A stretch of DNA of 64,000 bases from Candidatus Obscuribacterales bacterium. GTDB lineage: Bacteria; Cyanobacteriota; Vampirovibrionia; Obscuribacterales; Obscuribacteraceae. The stretch spans positions 2,144,001 through 2,208,000 of the forward strand of contig CBDDIJ010000002.1 in assembly GCA_965228855.1 (NCBI GenBank), read 5' to 3'. How positions within the stretch are numbered: the first letter of the stretch is position 1; every line of letters begins with the position of its first letter. The notes beneath the pieces were generated by a model. It was not told the DNA's origin. It was given only the letters and a program-made list of their open reading frames with translations, and searched no databases. Of this stretch, positions 1 to 9,855 are shown in pieces. Both the position numbers and the translations under genes were made by a program.

Positions 1-900
1 GCTGCTATTAACCTCGGCACTGTTCTCAACCTGGATACTGACGTTAACCTGTTGTCGGTCGAGAGTCAGGTCCGAAAAGTTCGACTGATTGATCAAAACG
101 TCGATATCAATCGTCTTATCAACCTGGCTGTGCAAAACCGGCCGGAGTTGAAACAGTTCGAGCACCTTCGCCTTGCTGCGAAGAGAAACATTCAGGTCGC
201 TGCCGCGCCGCTTTATCCGCAGCTCAATTTCTTCGGGAATGCCACCGGTAGTGGTGCGACGTTGGGCAAGAGCATTGTTTACACCCAACCGAGCTTCAAC
301 ACTGTTCCTCTGGTAGGGCAGCCGCTGAACAATCCGATCATTCGTACAGGAAACGGTCCGACGTTTGCCGTAGATAACTCCAGTCTAGGCTTTGGACAGA
401 CGCCCGGTTCGACTCTGGTGCTGCCCACCGGTTCGGAGTTTGTGCCGCCTACGCCAACTAATCGCCAAGTCAGAGCATCGTACAACTTAGGCTTTCAGGT
501 TGATTGGAACTTCGAGGGCGCTGGTACCGTTGCGGCGGCTAACATCCAATCCAGTCGCGCTCTGGCCCGCAGAGCTCTGCTCGAATCAAACCAGCAGTTG
601 ATGCTGGTGCTTCAGCAGGTCCGCGATTCATATCTGACCAGTCAAACGGCAGAACGCCAGATTGAAGTTGCTACCAAAGAAGTCATCTCCGCCGCGGAGG
701 AGCTTCGGTTGGCTCGCGTCCGACTGGCAAACGGTGTGGGAACCAACATCGACGTGATCAACGGACAGCGCGATTTCACTTCGTCTCTGGTCAACAAGGC
801 TGATGCAATCATCGCCTTCAACATTGCTCAAGCGCAGTTGCTTCGAGATATTGGATTAATCGGAAGACAGACTCTTACGTCAGGTCGCCTGGTTCGCTGA
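1..900 (+). CDS. TolC-family outer membrane efflux protein, 5'-truncated by window edge
   Basis: Frame is open from position 1. OEP-type motifs: A.Q.RPEL, A..YPQL, EELRLARVRLANGVGTNIDVI..QRD. Confidence 0.85.
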   Translation, partial: AAINLGTVLNLDTDVNLLSVESQVRKVRLIDQNVDINRLINLAVQNRPELKQFEHLRLAAKRNIQVAAAPLYPQLNFFGNATGSGATLGKSIVYTQPSFNTVPLVGQPLNNPIIRTGNGPTFAVDNSSLGFGQTPGSTLVLPTGSEFVPPTPTNRQVRASYNLGFQVDWNFEGAGTVAAANIQSSRALARRALLESNQQLMLVLQQVRDSYLTSQTAERQIEVATKEVISAAEELRLARVRLANGVGTNIDVINGQRDFTSSLVNKADAIIAFNIAQAQLLRDIGLIGRQTLTSGRLVR

Positions 901-947
901 GTCGAAACCTTTTGCTGATCACGGTTCTTCTAAACAGGTCAGAGCCG

Positions 948-1655
948 CTACTCCACAAAATAGATTTTGTTGGGTAGCTTTTCGCAGTCCACAGAATAAC
1001 CGCCGACGAGGTCTGAAACCTGGTCACCGATATTCACGACAATTTTGAAACCCATGTCTTCGATTTGCTTTCGGACCGCTGATTTGACTTCGATTGCAGA
1101 CCGCTTATCGTCGTTGGGACGCAAATATAAGCCATCGTATGCGATACCATTCCGCACCATGTTTCTGATAGTGGCGGCGCGAAGATTTTCGGGTCTGCCG
1201 GTCACGAAGAAAACAGCGAATCCGTTTTTCCTTGCCCAATCAAGGAAATCGGCGGTCGGTTTCAAGGACGGTGCCTTCGATTGCTCGACCCAGACTACGA
1301 ATTTATCCCAGTCGAATTCCTTTGTGGTTTCGAAATAAGGGCGGTTGTCGAAGACGGTTTCGTCAATATCGGCGACAACAGCCATGTTAGTATCGCCAGG
1401 GTGTTCTTTGAGATATTTCTCGCAAGCCTTCTTTCCGTCTTCAACAGCCGTTGAGAACTCTTTCTTGTACTCTTCGGACTTCGCATAAGCGAGACCTTCG
1501 GCATTGCCCATGCCGGGAGGTTGTTTTATCGCAGCTTCAAAATGACTTGCCGGAAGCGCGAAAACCGGACACGCCAACACGGCGAGTCCGACGGATAAAG
1601 CAACAGCTAGACCAACAGATGCGTTCTTCGAAGAACGAACAAATTGATTTTTCAT
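948..1655 (-). CDS. Secreted HAD-superfamily class IIIB acid phosphatase
   Basis: Signal peptide; motifs DIDET, FVTGR, K and IGDQ.SD. Confidence 0.85.
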   Translation of the reverse strand: MKNQFVRSSKNASVGLAVALSVGLAVLACPVFALPASHFEAAIKQPPGMGNAEGLAYAKSEEYKKEFSTAVEDGKKACEKYLKEHPGDTNMAVVADIDETVFDNRPYFETTKEFDWDKFVVWVEQSKAPSLKPTADFLDWARKNGFAVFFVTGRPENLRAATIRNMVRNGIAYDGLYLRPNDDKRSAIEVKSAVRKQIEDMGFKIVVNIGDQVSDLVGGYSVDCEKLPNKIYFVE

Positions 1656-1915
1656 GCACCCCTTCTTGAGACACCTTTCCCCTTGGAGTACGAATTCGCG
1701 CCGTAGCAGGTGCGAAGCGTGCTCGCCAGAGGCTTGACTTCGATTTCACCTACGGATTGGGTCGGGTCGGCTTCCTCATAACAGCCCCAATAAGAGCTGG
1801 AAACCATCTTCTTCTTTTTATTGGGTGCGTCAGGCAAAAGCCTCTCTGGCATTGCGATTGCGAGCAGAAGGACTGTGGAAACGACGACCGCAACAATTAG
1901 AAAGCCAATATCCAT
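1652..1915 (-). CDS. Small single-TM hypothetical protein
   Basis: N-terminal hydrophobic helix; ATGA overlap with the phosphatase gene. Confidence 0.6.
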   Translation of the reverse strand: MDIGFLIVAVVVSTVLLLAIAMPERLLPDAPNKKKKMVSSSYWGCYEEADPTQSVGEIEVKPLASTLRTCYGANSYSKGKGVSRRGA

Positions 1916-2087
1916 AAGTGCTCCAAATTATAGTCTTTCGATGTCCCGCGAGGGCGGCTCAAGTGAAGTCAAGCGCAGTTTATTATGTATTCGGGAGTCT
2001 GTCTATGTGGAATCCACGAAGTGTCAAACGCCAGGCGAAAAAACCTTTGCGAAACCGACTTTGTGTACCCGACCGGTGCTTTGAGGG

Positions 2088-2105
2088 TTGCTATAGTTTT
2101 GTTAT
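2088..2105 (+). promoter_or_regulatory. Putative OmpR-type box A, copy 1 (TTGCTATAGTTTTGTTAT)
   Basis: Near-identical 18-mer also at 6027-6044(+) and 9831-9848(-); TGYTAT half-sites 11 bp apart. Confidence 0.65.
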
Positions 2106-2146
2106 AACTTCGTCGCATTATCATCCCGCTGACCTCCACGAGGACG

Positions 2147-5100
2147 ATGGTGATGGTAGAAACCTTCGAAGTAAACGATTCTGCAAGACCCCTGCAACAG
2201 CAGACTTCTGAAAGTGTCCGTTCCGACTTTCAGAATGCTGCCAGCTTTCGCTCCGTTTTCTCTGCCGAGAATGACCGAATCAACGCATCGAGCTCAGGCT
2301 CTCTGCCAACTCTTTCTATCGAAATAGGCCGGCACCTTCCCTTATCACAAACATTTGATCCGGTTCCCGAAGTTAGCAGAACTATCAGCGCTCTGGCAGA
2401 GGCTGATAGCAACTACGTGAACCGCTCTGAGCAAACCGTCTCACGTGAGTTGCGCGACACCTTCTCAACGTTGAACGGGGAGCAAATTCGACAGGTGGAG
2501 GCGGCGTACCTGCAGCGGACCGGCAATGACCTTCTCGCGGACATAAGGCTCAATCCGGGACTTTCGGATAGTGATAAAACGGCCCTCTCGCTTTTGTTTA
2601 GAGGTTCTGATGCACGAACATCAGAGGATACTCGAAAGCTTGCGCAAATCGCTATTGATGAACATGACCTGACATCGCTAGGGGAAGTCACCCGCTCGCT
2701 AACTCCGGCTCAGCGGGCTGGTCTGCTTGAGGAACTCGGTCCTGAAAAGTTGTCTCAAGCTTTTGGCAGTGATGCGGACAGGGCACTGCAGGTGGTATTG
2801 AATGGAAAGATCTCAACTGCACAGCTGGTGCGTGATAATACCAGTTGGCTCACGGGTGATAACGAAGAGGCTATAGAACTCGTATTAACCAACATGACAG
2901 ATGAAGAGCGTCGCGCGTACGAGTCAGGAAAGGCTTTATTTGAAACCTCCGGGTTGGAGAACCTATCAGCGTCACAGTCCGCCGACCTTGCGTTTTACAA
3001 AGACCTAAATGATGCTTTAGTAGGGGCTGGTCAAACAGACGAGGTTGCTGCCTGGGAGGGAAAGATTCTTGGAACAGAAAGAAGGGAGAGCGATGTCAGA
3101 ACTCTGTCTGAGCGATTCGAGGCTTCCGATACTCCTCGCGAGCTGTTAGAGAAACTGACTGCGGCCGTCGCTGAAGATCCTGGTCTGGCGGTACGCCTCG
3201 CCAATCCGGAAACCCGAGAAGATCGCGATGCCGCCTCAACACTTCGGCTGTATTTCCCGCCTGAAGCAATGCCTCTGGAGCTTCAAGAAATAGGTGCAGG
3301 CTCATCGCTTTATGATGCGGCTGTTAAACCGATTCTTGAAAACGGAACTGTTTCGCTCCAAATGCTTGCTATTCTTAATACTACAGGCAGTGCCGCCATA
3401 CTTGGTGATGTCGCTCATGCCAACGCGGACGAGCGTGGAGAATTACTAGCTCCGGACCAGGCCTCGAGCATTCTTAGAAACTTCAGCGCCGCAGAGCAAC
3501 AGGTAATTTTAGATGTTGCTCGCCAGGGAGAAGTGAAACCAGCGAATGCGATCCGATTTGCGGTGATCAACGATGACCTGGAGGCGATCAAGACGGTCCT
3601 CGGTGAGCTAAGTAGAGAGGAACTCGCTACTGCCAGAAGTGAGTATGACACCAGATATGGTGATATGGGTATGCAGGTTAAAGCTCTTGCTTCCTCTCCT
3701 CAACAGGCGATAGAAATCGCGCCCTTTCTGAACCCTCCGGAGAGCCTGCGCGAGCGCTACAACTATGAGCGTGATGCTTACTACGCTTCAAATGAGGGAT
3801 TGGGAAGAACTATCGAAGAACTTTTCGGCGGTACGGTTGGTGTCTCCGATCAGGCGCACAATCTGGTTTCAGCTGCTGTTGAATCAAGCGTTCGCTCTCC
3901 CGAATCTAGTTTCGAGAGTACCGGACTTGACCGGAGCTTCGGGTATGCTGACGATGCGCTTCAACTGTTTCAAGACGCTAAACAACACAACGCAGACGTA
4001 CTGACGGACGGTTTTATCGCTGCAGGTACAACGGCCAGCGCTATTTTGACAGTCGGAGCTGGCGCGCCGCTGGCAGCCTCCATTCTGGCTGGCGCTGGCG
4101 TCGGGGCTGCCACAAATGTGGCAGGACACCGGTTGTTTGAAGGCAACGACTTCGAACCAAATGAGATAGGTTCGCTTCTGATTAACGGCGCAGTGGCTGG
4201 TGGAACAGCCGCCATCGGCGGTGCGGAACTGGGTCTGTTTCGAAGCGGAGCAACCGGAGTACAAAGAGCTGTCGCCGAGGGAGCCGCAGGAGCTATAGGG
4301 AATGGCGCCTCGAGCGTGACTGAAGGGGTTGTGGAAGGTCAAGATTTTACTACTGTTGTTGAAAACACTTTTGCCTCATCGCTGGTCGGGTTTTTAGGCG
4401 GCAGTATCGCATCCGGTGCCATTGATTCTGGACGCCAACTGCTTTTCGAATCAAGATTGCCTGTCACTCTTGAACCAACCGAGGTATCGTCTGTTGAAAT
4501 TCGCAGGAATGAAAACCGTCAATCAGCTGCCCCGGATTCGACAAGTGAAGTTCAATTTCGCGCAACGGAGTCTGCTTTTCCCGTGCGATCAGAAATGGAG
4601 CGGCAAATTTCGCGGCAGCAGGTCGAGAGTGAGTTGAAAAACGTCAGGGCCTCAGGTGATGCGGGAGATAGCGTGCTTGACCGGCTCCAGCAATCCAATC
4701 TAAGTGAAGACCAGAAGGACCGTGTTCTCATGGTTTTGTCGGATGTGCGCGAACACTTCCTCAACTTCAGTGAATCCCCGGGAGGATTAACTGTCGATCC
4801 TGGTCAGGAGCTCAATTGGATTCACACCCAAGGTGAGATGGGGCGCGTTCTCGATGCCGGGACTCACAATAATCTCGCTCCTGCCGACCTTGAGAAGAGT
4901 TTGATTGCCGCCATGCTCTCCGATTCTGACAAGCACAGAACCAATTTCTTCACGCACCATCTCGATGGTGCTCGAGCAGCCGAAGTGATTTTGCCTCGCT
5001 ATGGTTTTGCGCCTGGCGATGTGCAAGACGTAGTGCAAGCTGTGCTTGAGCATCAGGTAGGACCGCCGAAATTCATGTCGCAAATGTATCAAGTTCGCAT

Positions 5101-5995
5101 AGTGGGCTCTATCGATGCCGAGCGAAATGCGGAACTGGACGCGCTCAAAGCTATGAATCCTGAATCTCGCACGGCGGATCAATCGAGTAGGTTTCAACAA
5201 TTGAACGCCGAGGTTGATCGGTGGACATCGAATAAGGCTGAGTATGAGGCGCTGCGCCTTGAGCACAGTCGGTCTGCCGCTGACCAGGAGCGCATGTCGC
5301 TCTTAAAAACCGAGATTGATTACGGGGCGCACCTCACGCCGGAAGAAAGAGAGACTCTCGATAGCCTCACGCAGAAAATCGGAAATCCACTGGGTAGTCG
5401 ACTCGAGGAGACCACGGATGGTCGAGGAAAACAGCTTGAATTGACGGAGGATGAAAGAAACCTCCTGCGCCGCAGCGGCAACGAAAGTTGGTTTGTTCCA
5501 AGTCAAGACTCCGCCGTATCCACTATTTCGCAGACTTTGATCGCCGGCGACACCATCGATAACTACTTCACTCCCGGTGGTTTCTCCAAAATTGTTGGTC
5601 TGAGAGGTCCTGGATCAAACTTTTACGATCAAACGGTTTTTGAATCGCTTGCCTCTGCGGTCGCTTCAGGCGATGATGCGCTGAATCTATTGACGCCTGA
5701 GAATCAACTTCTCGTTATCGGCGCGGTATCCAATAATGCTGCAGCTGTCGACCGGGTGATGAATTTAGTTGAGACCAAAATTCGATTGGATAAGGGAATC
5801 GGACCAGACGAGCCGCTCTCTGTTCCATTCTGGAACAAGCCGCTCGAATATCCGGCGCCTGGAACGGAAACCGACGATAGCCGCTACGCCAAGACTATTC
5901 GCGGCTATGTGGTCGAGGCTCTTCGCGCCGAGCAGCGGCTGGGACCGGCGACTCCGTTTTTACCTGCCGCTTCGCTCGTGTCCCACAGTCAATAG
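2147..5995 (+). CDS. Large 1282 aa protein: annexin-like repeats, Gly/Ala-rich hydrophobic segment, C-terminal HD-like domain
   Basis: RBS GAGGA. Annexin-like segments (LNGEQIRQVEAAYLQRTGNDLLADI; NEEAIELVLTNMTDEE; LEAIKTVLGELSREELATARSEYDTRYG). HD-like motifs WIHTQGE, AAMLSDSDK, THHLDG, LEHQ, GDTIDNY. Confidence 0.7.
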   Translation: MVMVETFEVNDSARPLQQQTSESVRSDFQNAASFRSVFSAENDRINASSSGSLPTLSIEIGRHLPLSQTFDPVPEVSRTISALAEADSNYVNRSEQTVSRELRDTFSTLNGEQIRQVEAAYLQRTGNDLLADIRLNPGLSDSDKTALSLLFRGSDARTSEDTRKLAQIAIDEHDLTSLGEVTRSLTPAQRAGLLEELGPEKLSQAFGSDADRALQVVLNGKISTAQLVRDNTSWLTGDNEEAIELVLTNMTDEERRAYESGKALFETSGLENLSASQSADLAFYKDLNDALVGAGQTDEVAAWEGKILGTERRESDVRTLSERFEASDTPRELLEKLTAAVAEDPGLAVRLANPETREDRDAASTLRLYFPPEAMPLELQEIGAGSSLYDAAVKPILENGTVSLQMLAILNTTGSAAILGDVAHANADERGELLAPDQASSILRNFSAAEQQVILDVARQGEVKPANAIRFAVINDDLEAIKTVLGELSREELATARSEYDTRYGDMGMQVKALASSPQQAIEIAPFLNPPESLRERYNYERDAYYASNEGLGRTIEELFGGTVGVSDQAHNLVSAAVESSVRSPESSFESTGLDRSFGYADDALQLFQDAKQHNADVLTDGFIAAGTTASAILTVGAGAPLAASILAGAGVGAATNVAGHRLFEGNDFEPNEIGSLLINGAVAGGTAAIGGAELGLFRSGATGVQRAVAEGAAGAIGNGASSVTEGVVEGQDFTTVVENTFASSLVGFLGGSIASGAIDSGRQLLFESRLPVTLEPTEVSSVEIRRNENRQSAAPDSTSEVQFRATESAFPVRSEMERQISRQQVESELKNVRASGDAGDSVLDRLQQSNLSEDQKDRVLMVLSDVREHFLNFSESPGGLTVDPGQELNWIHTQGEMGRVLDAGTHNNLAPADLEKSLIAAMLSDSDKHRTNFFTHHLDGARAAEVILPRYGFAPGDVQDVVQAVLEHQVGPPKFMSQMYQVRIVGSIDAERNAELDALKAMNPESRTADQSSRFQQLNAEVDRWTSNKAEYEALRLEHSRSAADQERMSLLKTEIDYGAHLTPEERETLDSLTQKIGNPLGSRLEETTDGRGKQLELTEDERNLLRRSGNESWFVPSQDSAVSTISQTLIAGDTIDNYFTPGGFSKIVGLRGPGSNFYDQTVFESLASAVASGDDALNLLTPENQLLVIGAVSNNAAAVDRVMNLVETKIRLDKGIGPDEPLSVPFWNKPLEYPAPGTETDDSRYAKTIRGYVVEALRAEQRLGPATPFLPAASLVSHSQ

Positions 5996-6026
5996 GCTAC
6001 AGCGACCAAACGGTTGCAAAAATATC

Positions 6027-6044
6027 TTGCTATAGTTCTGTTAT
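6027..6044 (+). promoter_or_regulatory. Putative OmpR-type box A, copy 2 (TTGCTATAGTTCTGTTAT)
   Basis: 17/18 match to 2088-2105 and a similar distance from the start codon. Confidence 0.65.
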
Positions 6045-6089
6045 CAAAAATCGCGATGATTCTCTTACCCCCCGGTTGGAGAGCAAACG

Positions 6090-7574
6090 ATGTCGAATAA
6101 CAGCACGCTGGAACTTCAGGATACTCGTGAGGTCCGCGCTACCGGGGAGAGCGCTCCCGTGCTGCATGCCGCAGATTATCAGGTTGGTGCGGTTGCTCTC
6201 AACCAAATTTCCGAGCGGACCACCAATGTCGAGTTGCCAGGGCTTACCATAACCGGTCTGGAGCAATCCAATAGCGCTGCTATTTCCGACCGTAGTGTCG
6301 CCGCCGAGGGCGCGACGGACGGCGCTTCCGACTTAGGGGTGGAGCGAGGCAATTTGCTTCGCGCTGCTCAAGAGCATCTCATACCCGAACAAATTGTCGT
6401 ACTCCGCTCCGACATGAATCGTCTGGAACAGCGACTGGGCGACCGTCCCGACGAAGTCGCCCAGACATACAAGCAGGTCGAGCGCCTTCTGCAGGCTGGA
6501 GCCGGTGCAACGCTCGCGCAGGGGGCACGTAATACCATCGCGCTCGATGTAATGCATCAAGCCGCAGAGCCGCGCAGCATTCAACAGGCTCTGCAGTCAT
6601 GCCCAGTGGCGTCACTGGAATCCCGTATCTACACTCGCCATCCGGCGTCAGCTGCTGAACTTGTGGCTGACGTGGCTACAGGCGGTGCATATCATGGACA
6701 GCAGATCGATCGCGACTCCGTTTCTTACTATCAGTACCCCGGTGCGCAGCCCGGCGACGATACCGTTCGGTCATATGCAAGTCAGGTTTTTCAGATAACC
6801 GCGGCAAATGTTTTCCAACAGCTTGAATCTGGAGCATCACCGACTACACGCCAATACATACTTACAGCTCCGTCTCCAGGCAGCATTCGCCGCGAGCTTT
6901 TGGTCGACCGAGAAACCAATACCGTAATTGCCGGCCACCCAGGCATAACGCTAAATGACAGCGAGGGTCTTCGGCGATTGAACAACGCCATTGTCGGAGT
7001 CGATGAGCCTGCTTTCGTCGTCACACTCGCTCAAAATCCGACCGAGCAAGATTTTCGCGTGTCACTGCAGCGGCTCGAAACCCAACAGAATTTTCCAGCT
7101 CTACTTGCGATCAGAGCTGACAGCGCGCTTGTAAATGGAACACCCGGCAATGTACCGTATCACTTTCTCGCTCTTGAGCAAGGCTCAGATCCCGAGCACG
7201 TCTTCATTAACAATCAGGTGAAGGGGCGAGCCGGCGATTTTGAGACTACCGTAGGAAATGCCTTCAACGCGATGCGATTGAATGATGACGTGGTCGACAA
7301 TGGCGCCTGGCGCAGAGCCGAGACCAATGCATTTCAGTCGTTCATCACGATGGCGCAAGAGGGACAGCTCAATCCTGAGATGTTGAAAAATCTGCAAAAT
7401 ACTTTGTACGAGTTCAAGCCAGAACATATCCGCGCTATCGAAGCCACGTATGAACAGCAATTTGATGGCGACCTGCCTTCGCTCTTGAGCGATGTCTTAA
7501 AGGTCAGCGATGAGCAGATGAAGCTACTCGGCTACGAACACAATTTCTTCAGCGGCTGGACTCATGCTGACTAA
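6090..7574 (+). CDS. 494 aa protein, putative papain-like cysteine peptidase fold plus C-terminal annexin-like repeat
   Basis: RBS GGAG. IQQALQSCPVASLE (Q...C), YHFLAL (H), FINNQ (N). C-terminal KPEHIRAIEATYEQQFDGDLPSLL. Confidence 0.6.
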   Translation: MSNNSTLELQDTREVRATGESAPVLHAADYQVGAVALNQISERTTNVELPGLTITGLEQSNSAAISDRSVAAEGATDGASDLGVERGNLLRAAQEHLIPEQIVVLRSDMNRLEQRLGDRPDEVAQTYKQVERLLQAGAGATLAQGARNTIALDVMHQAAEPRSIQQALQSCPVASLESRIYTRHPASAAELVADVATGGAYHGQQIDRDSVSYYQYPGAQPGDDTVRSYASQVFQITAANVFQQLESGASPTTRQYILTAPSPGSIRRELLVDRETNTVIAGHPGITLNDSEGLRRLNNAIVGVDEPAFVVTLAQNPTEQDFRVSLQRLETQQNFPALLAIRADSALVNGTPGNVPYHFLALEQGSDPEHVFINNQVKGRAGDFETTVGNAFNAMRLNDDVVDNGAWRRAETNAFQSFITMAQEGQLNPEMLKNLQNTLYEFKPEHIRAIEATYEQQFDGDLPSLLSDVLKVSDEQMKLLGYEHNFFSGWTHAD

Positions 7575-9385
7575 GCTTTCTCCAGGCGAAACCAGAAAGT
7601 GCTGCCTTCGCCGACTGTCGATGTTGCACCGATTGCGCCACCATGCTGGGTGACGATACCTTTGCAGATACTCAATCCTAAGCCCGCCCCCTTGTTGTTT
7701 TCGGAGTCCGAGGCATAGACCTGTTCGAACTTTTCGAAGAGCCTGTCGATCTTATCTGCCGGAATTCCGCGACCCTGATCAGATACCCTCAATTCAATCT
7801 CTGTTGGACCGACTGGCACCGCGGATAGTTTCACTGTGGTGCCCTTTGCGGAAAACTTGACTGCGTTGGAAGTTAGGTTGACGATGACTTGGACGATTCT
7901 GCGTTTATCCGCTTTGATACTGAGTTTGCAGGGCTCACTCACGACCGAAACTCCACGCCTGCTCGCCCAGGAAACCGAAGAAAGTGCTTCCTCGAAAAGT
8001 GTGTTGACATCGATGGCTTCAATGTTCAAGGCTAATTTGCCGGAACTCATTTTCTCAAGGTCGAGGAAATCGTTTACCAGGTCGAGAACCTGATTGGTGC
8101 TATTTTGTGCTTTCGTAGCCATTTTTTGAGCGGTTCCTTCCAGTGCTCCAAACGTGCCTCCCTCGATCATATCGATGAATGCGGAGACCGCTGTCAGTGG
8201 ACTGCGAATATCGTGACTGATCATCTGTACCAGGTCTGCCTTCATTCGTTCAGCTTGTCGTTGTTCCGTCATATCGCGTGCGATGCAGAACAGGCTTTCC
8301 TCTTCGTCGGACCAGCGAACGGACCAGGTTGCTTCGCGAACTTTATTCTCGCCGTTAATATGGCTGAGATCGAACTTGGCAGTTCCGGAAGTTTTAATTA
8401 CCTTTTCAAACTGCTCTCTTGCGTACTCGCGTTTTTGCGGGGCGACTTGCATTAAAAGGCTCCCACCGAGCAATTCGTCTGGATCGACTCCGAACAGACT
8501 GTATGCGGCCGAATTTATTTTTATAACCTTCAATTGTGGTGTGAGACTGCATATGGTGTCAGCTGCATTCTCAATCAACGCCTGTTCTTTCTTTGCGGAC
8601 TCCTTCAGTGCAGCGGCCATGATGTGAAAGACTTCGTCAAGTGGCGCGAGTTCATCGCCAGGGCTCAGCTGTGGGTTGAGTTCAACATCGCTTGCCAGGC
8701 GAGTCGCATTGTCCTTTAAGATATCCAGCCGTCTACCTATCGTTCTTACAAAGATCGAAACGAATGCAATCGAGACAACAACTGTCATGGTTAGCATCGC
8801 TCCTAGTACCAGTTCGATGGTTTTTCTTAATTTCACCTCCTGCTGGGAGTTGTCCTCAAAGCGCTTCCTTTCGAGTTCTCCAATTCGGAGCAGGCGAACG
8901 AAAGTCGGATCGAAAAAGATGGTCTGCATCGAAACTTTAAATTGCTGGTTGCCCCTGGACACGCCGCCTTCCGCTTGTGCGCCATAGGATGATTTGACCT
9001 CAAAAATTCCGGCTTGAAGGCTTTTGAATCTCTTCTTAACCTGCTTGACCCAGCTTCGCTGCTCTTGATCCTCGTGCAGAAGTTCCGCAAGATCGTCTAT
9101 CTCGCTAACGACCTTGTCGTATTTATCGACAAGCTGGGGCATGTACCTTTCCCACTGCGGATTTTTGCTGTCCCCTGTCTGTTTGATTTCTACGGCAAGT
9201 GCGTATACGTGACTGATCACGTTATTGACTCCCTGATAAATCATGCGTGAATGTGCGGCCTTTTGATAGGCTGCTTCAGCTTGATTGAGCAGGTCAAACA
9301 TGACGAGAATGGCACAGAGTGATATTAGCGCTGGCACAAGAACCACCGCTAAACCAAATTGCTTTATGCTCCAAACTTTTTTCAA
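7571..9385 (-). CDS. Membrane sensor histidine kinase (2 TM, HAMP, PAS, HisKA, HATPase)
   Basis: SHDIRSPL H-box; NLTSNAVKF, DQGRGI, GAGLGL. Confidence 0.92.
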   Translation of the reverse strand: MKKVWSIKQFGLAVVLVPALISLCAILVMFDLLNQAEAAYQKAAHSRMIYQGVNNVISHVYALAVEIKQTGDSKNPQWERYMPQLVDKYDKVVSEIDDLAELLHEDQEQRSWVKQVKKRFKSLQAGIFEVKSSYGAQAEGGVSRGNQQFKVSMQTIFFDPTFVRLLRIGELERKRFEDNSQQEVKLRKTIELVLGAMLTMTVVVSIAFVSIFVRTIGRRLDILKDNATRLASDVELNPQLSPGDELAPLDEVFHIMAAALKESAKKEQALIENAADTICSLTPQLKVIKINSAAYSLFGVDPDELLGGSLLMQVAPQKREYAREQFEKVIKTSGTAKFDLSHINGENKVREATWSVRWSDEEESLFCIARDMTEQRQAERMKADLVQMISHDIRSPLTAVSAFIDMIEGGTFGALEGTAQKMATKAQNSTNQVLDLVNDFLDLEKMSSGKLALNIEAIDVNTLFEEALSSVSWASRRGVSVVSEPCKLSIKADKRRIVQVIVNLTSNAVKFSAKGTTVKLSAVPVGPTEIELRVSDQGRGIPADKIDRLFEKFEQVYASDSENNKGAGLGLSICKGIVTQHGGAIGATSTVGEGSTFWFRLEKA

Positions 9386-9517
9386 TTATTTGCCGAAGGA
9401 AACTGCTTCGATTATTCCATGTTTCTTCAAGTCTGATTAGAAGGAAAAGGCGCTGACATTTGAGGGATGACTTGCCAGCGCCCTGGTGGTCTCTGCTCTT
9501 GCGGTGGAAACTTCGAA

Positions 9518-9751
9518 CTATTTGTGTTTAAGGCTGAAGGAGCTTTCAGTAAGGCTCTTTTCGTACTGAATCTCGACCCCTGGTAAGCTCGCGTTTTTCT
9601 CGGCGGTGAGTTGCGACTGCATCTTTTTCATATGATCGATGCACCGATCGTCTTTTTGCCATCCTTCCTTTTGCAGTGCTGTTTCGGAGTGATTGTCGGC
9701 TCTGTTTTCCTTTACGAGATCTGACTTTGCTATCTGGGTATAACGTTCCAT
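9518..9751 (-). CDS. Small hypothetical protein (77 aa) with LPGVEI motif
   Basis: RBS GAGGA before ATG at 9751; box A copy lies upstream on the same strand. Confidence 0.55.
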   Translation of the reverse strand: MERYTQIAKSDLVKENRADNHSETALQKEGWQKDDRCIDHMKKMQSQLTAEKNASLPGVEIQYEKSLTESSFSLKHK

Positions 9752-9830
9752 TTTCTTCAATCCTCATTTGTTGTATCTTTGTTTTTGCTTTAGCCGGTGC
9801 GCTTCCGTGCTGCTATTCAACTGCAGCGAT

Positions 9831-9848
9831 ATAACAGAACTATTGCAA
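9831..9848 (-). promoter_or_regulatory. Putative OmpR-type box A, copy 3 (TTGCAATAGTTCTGTTAT on minus strand)
   Basis: The + strand reads ataacagaactattgcaa; 17/18 match to copy 2. Confidence 0.6.
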
Positions 9849-9855
9849 AATCGAC

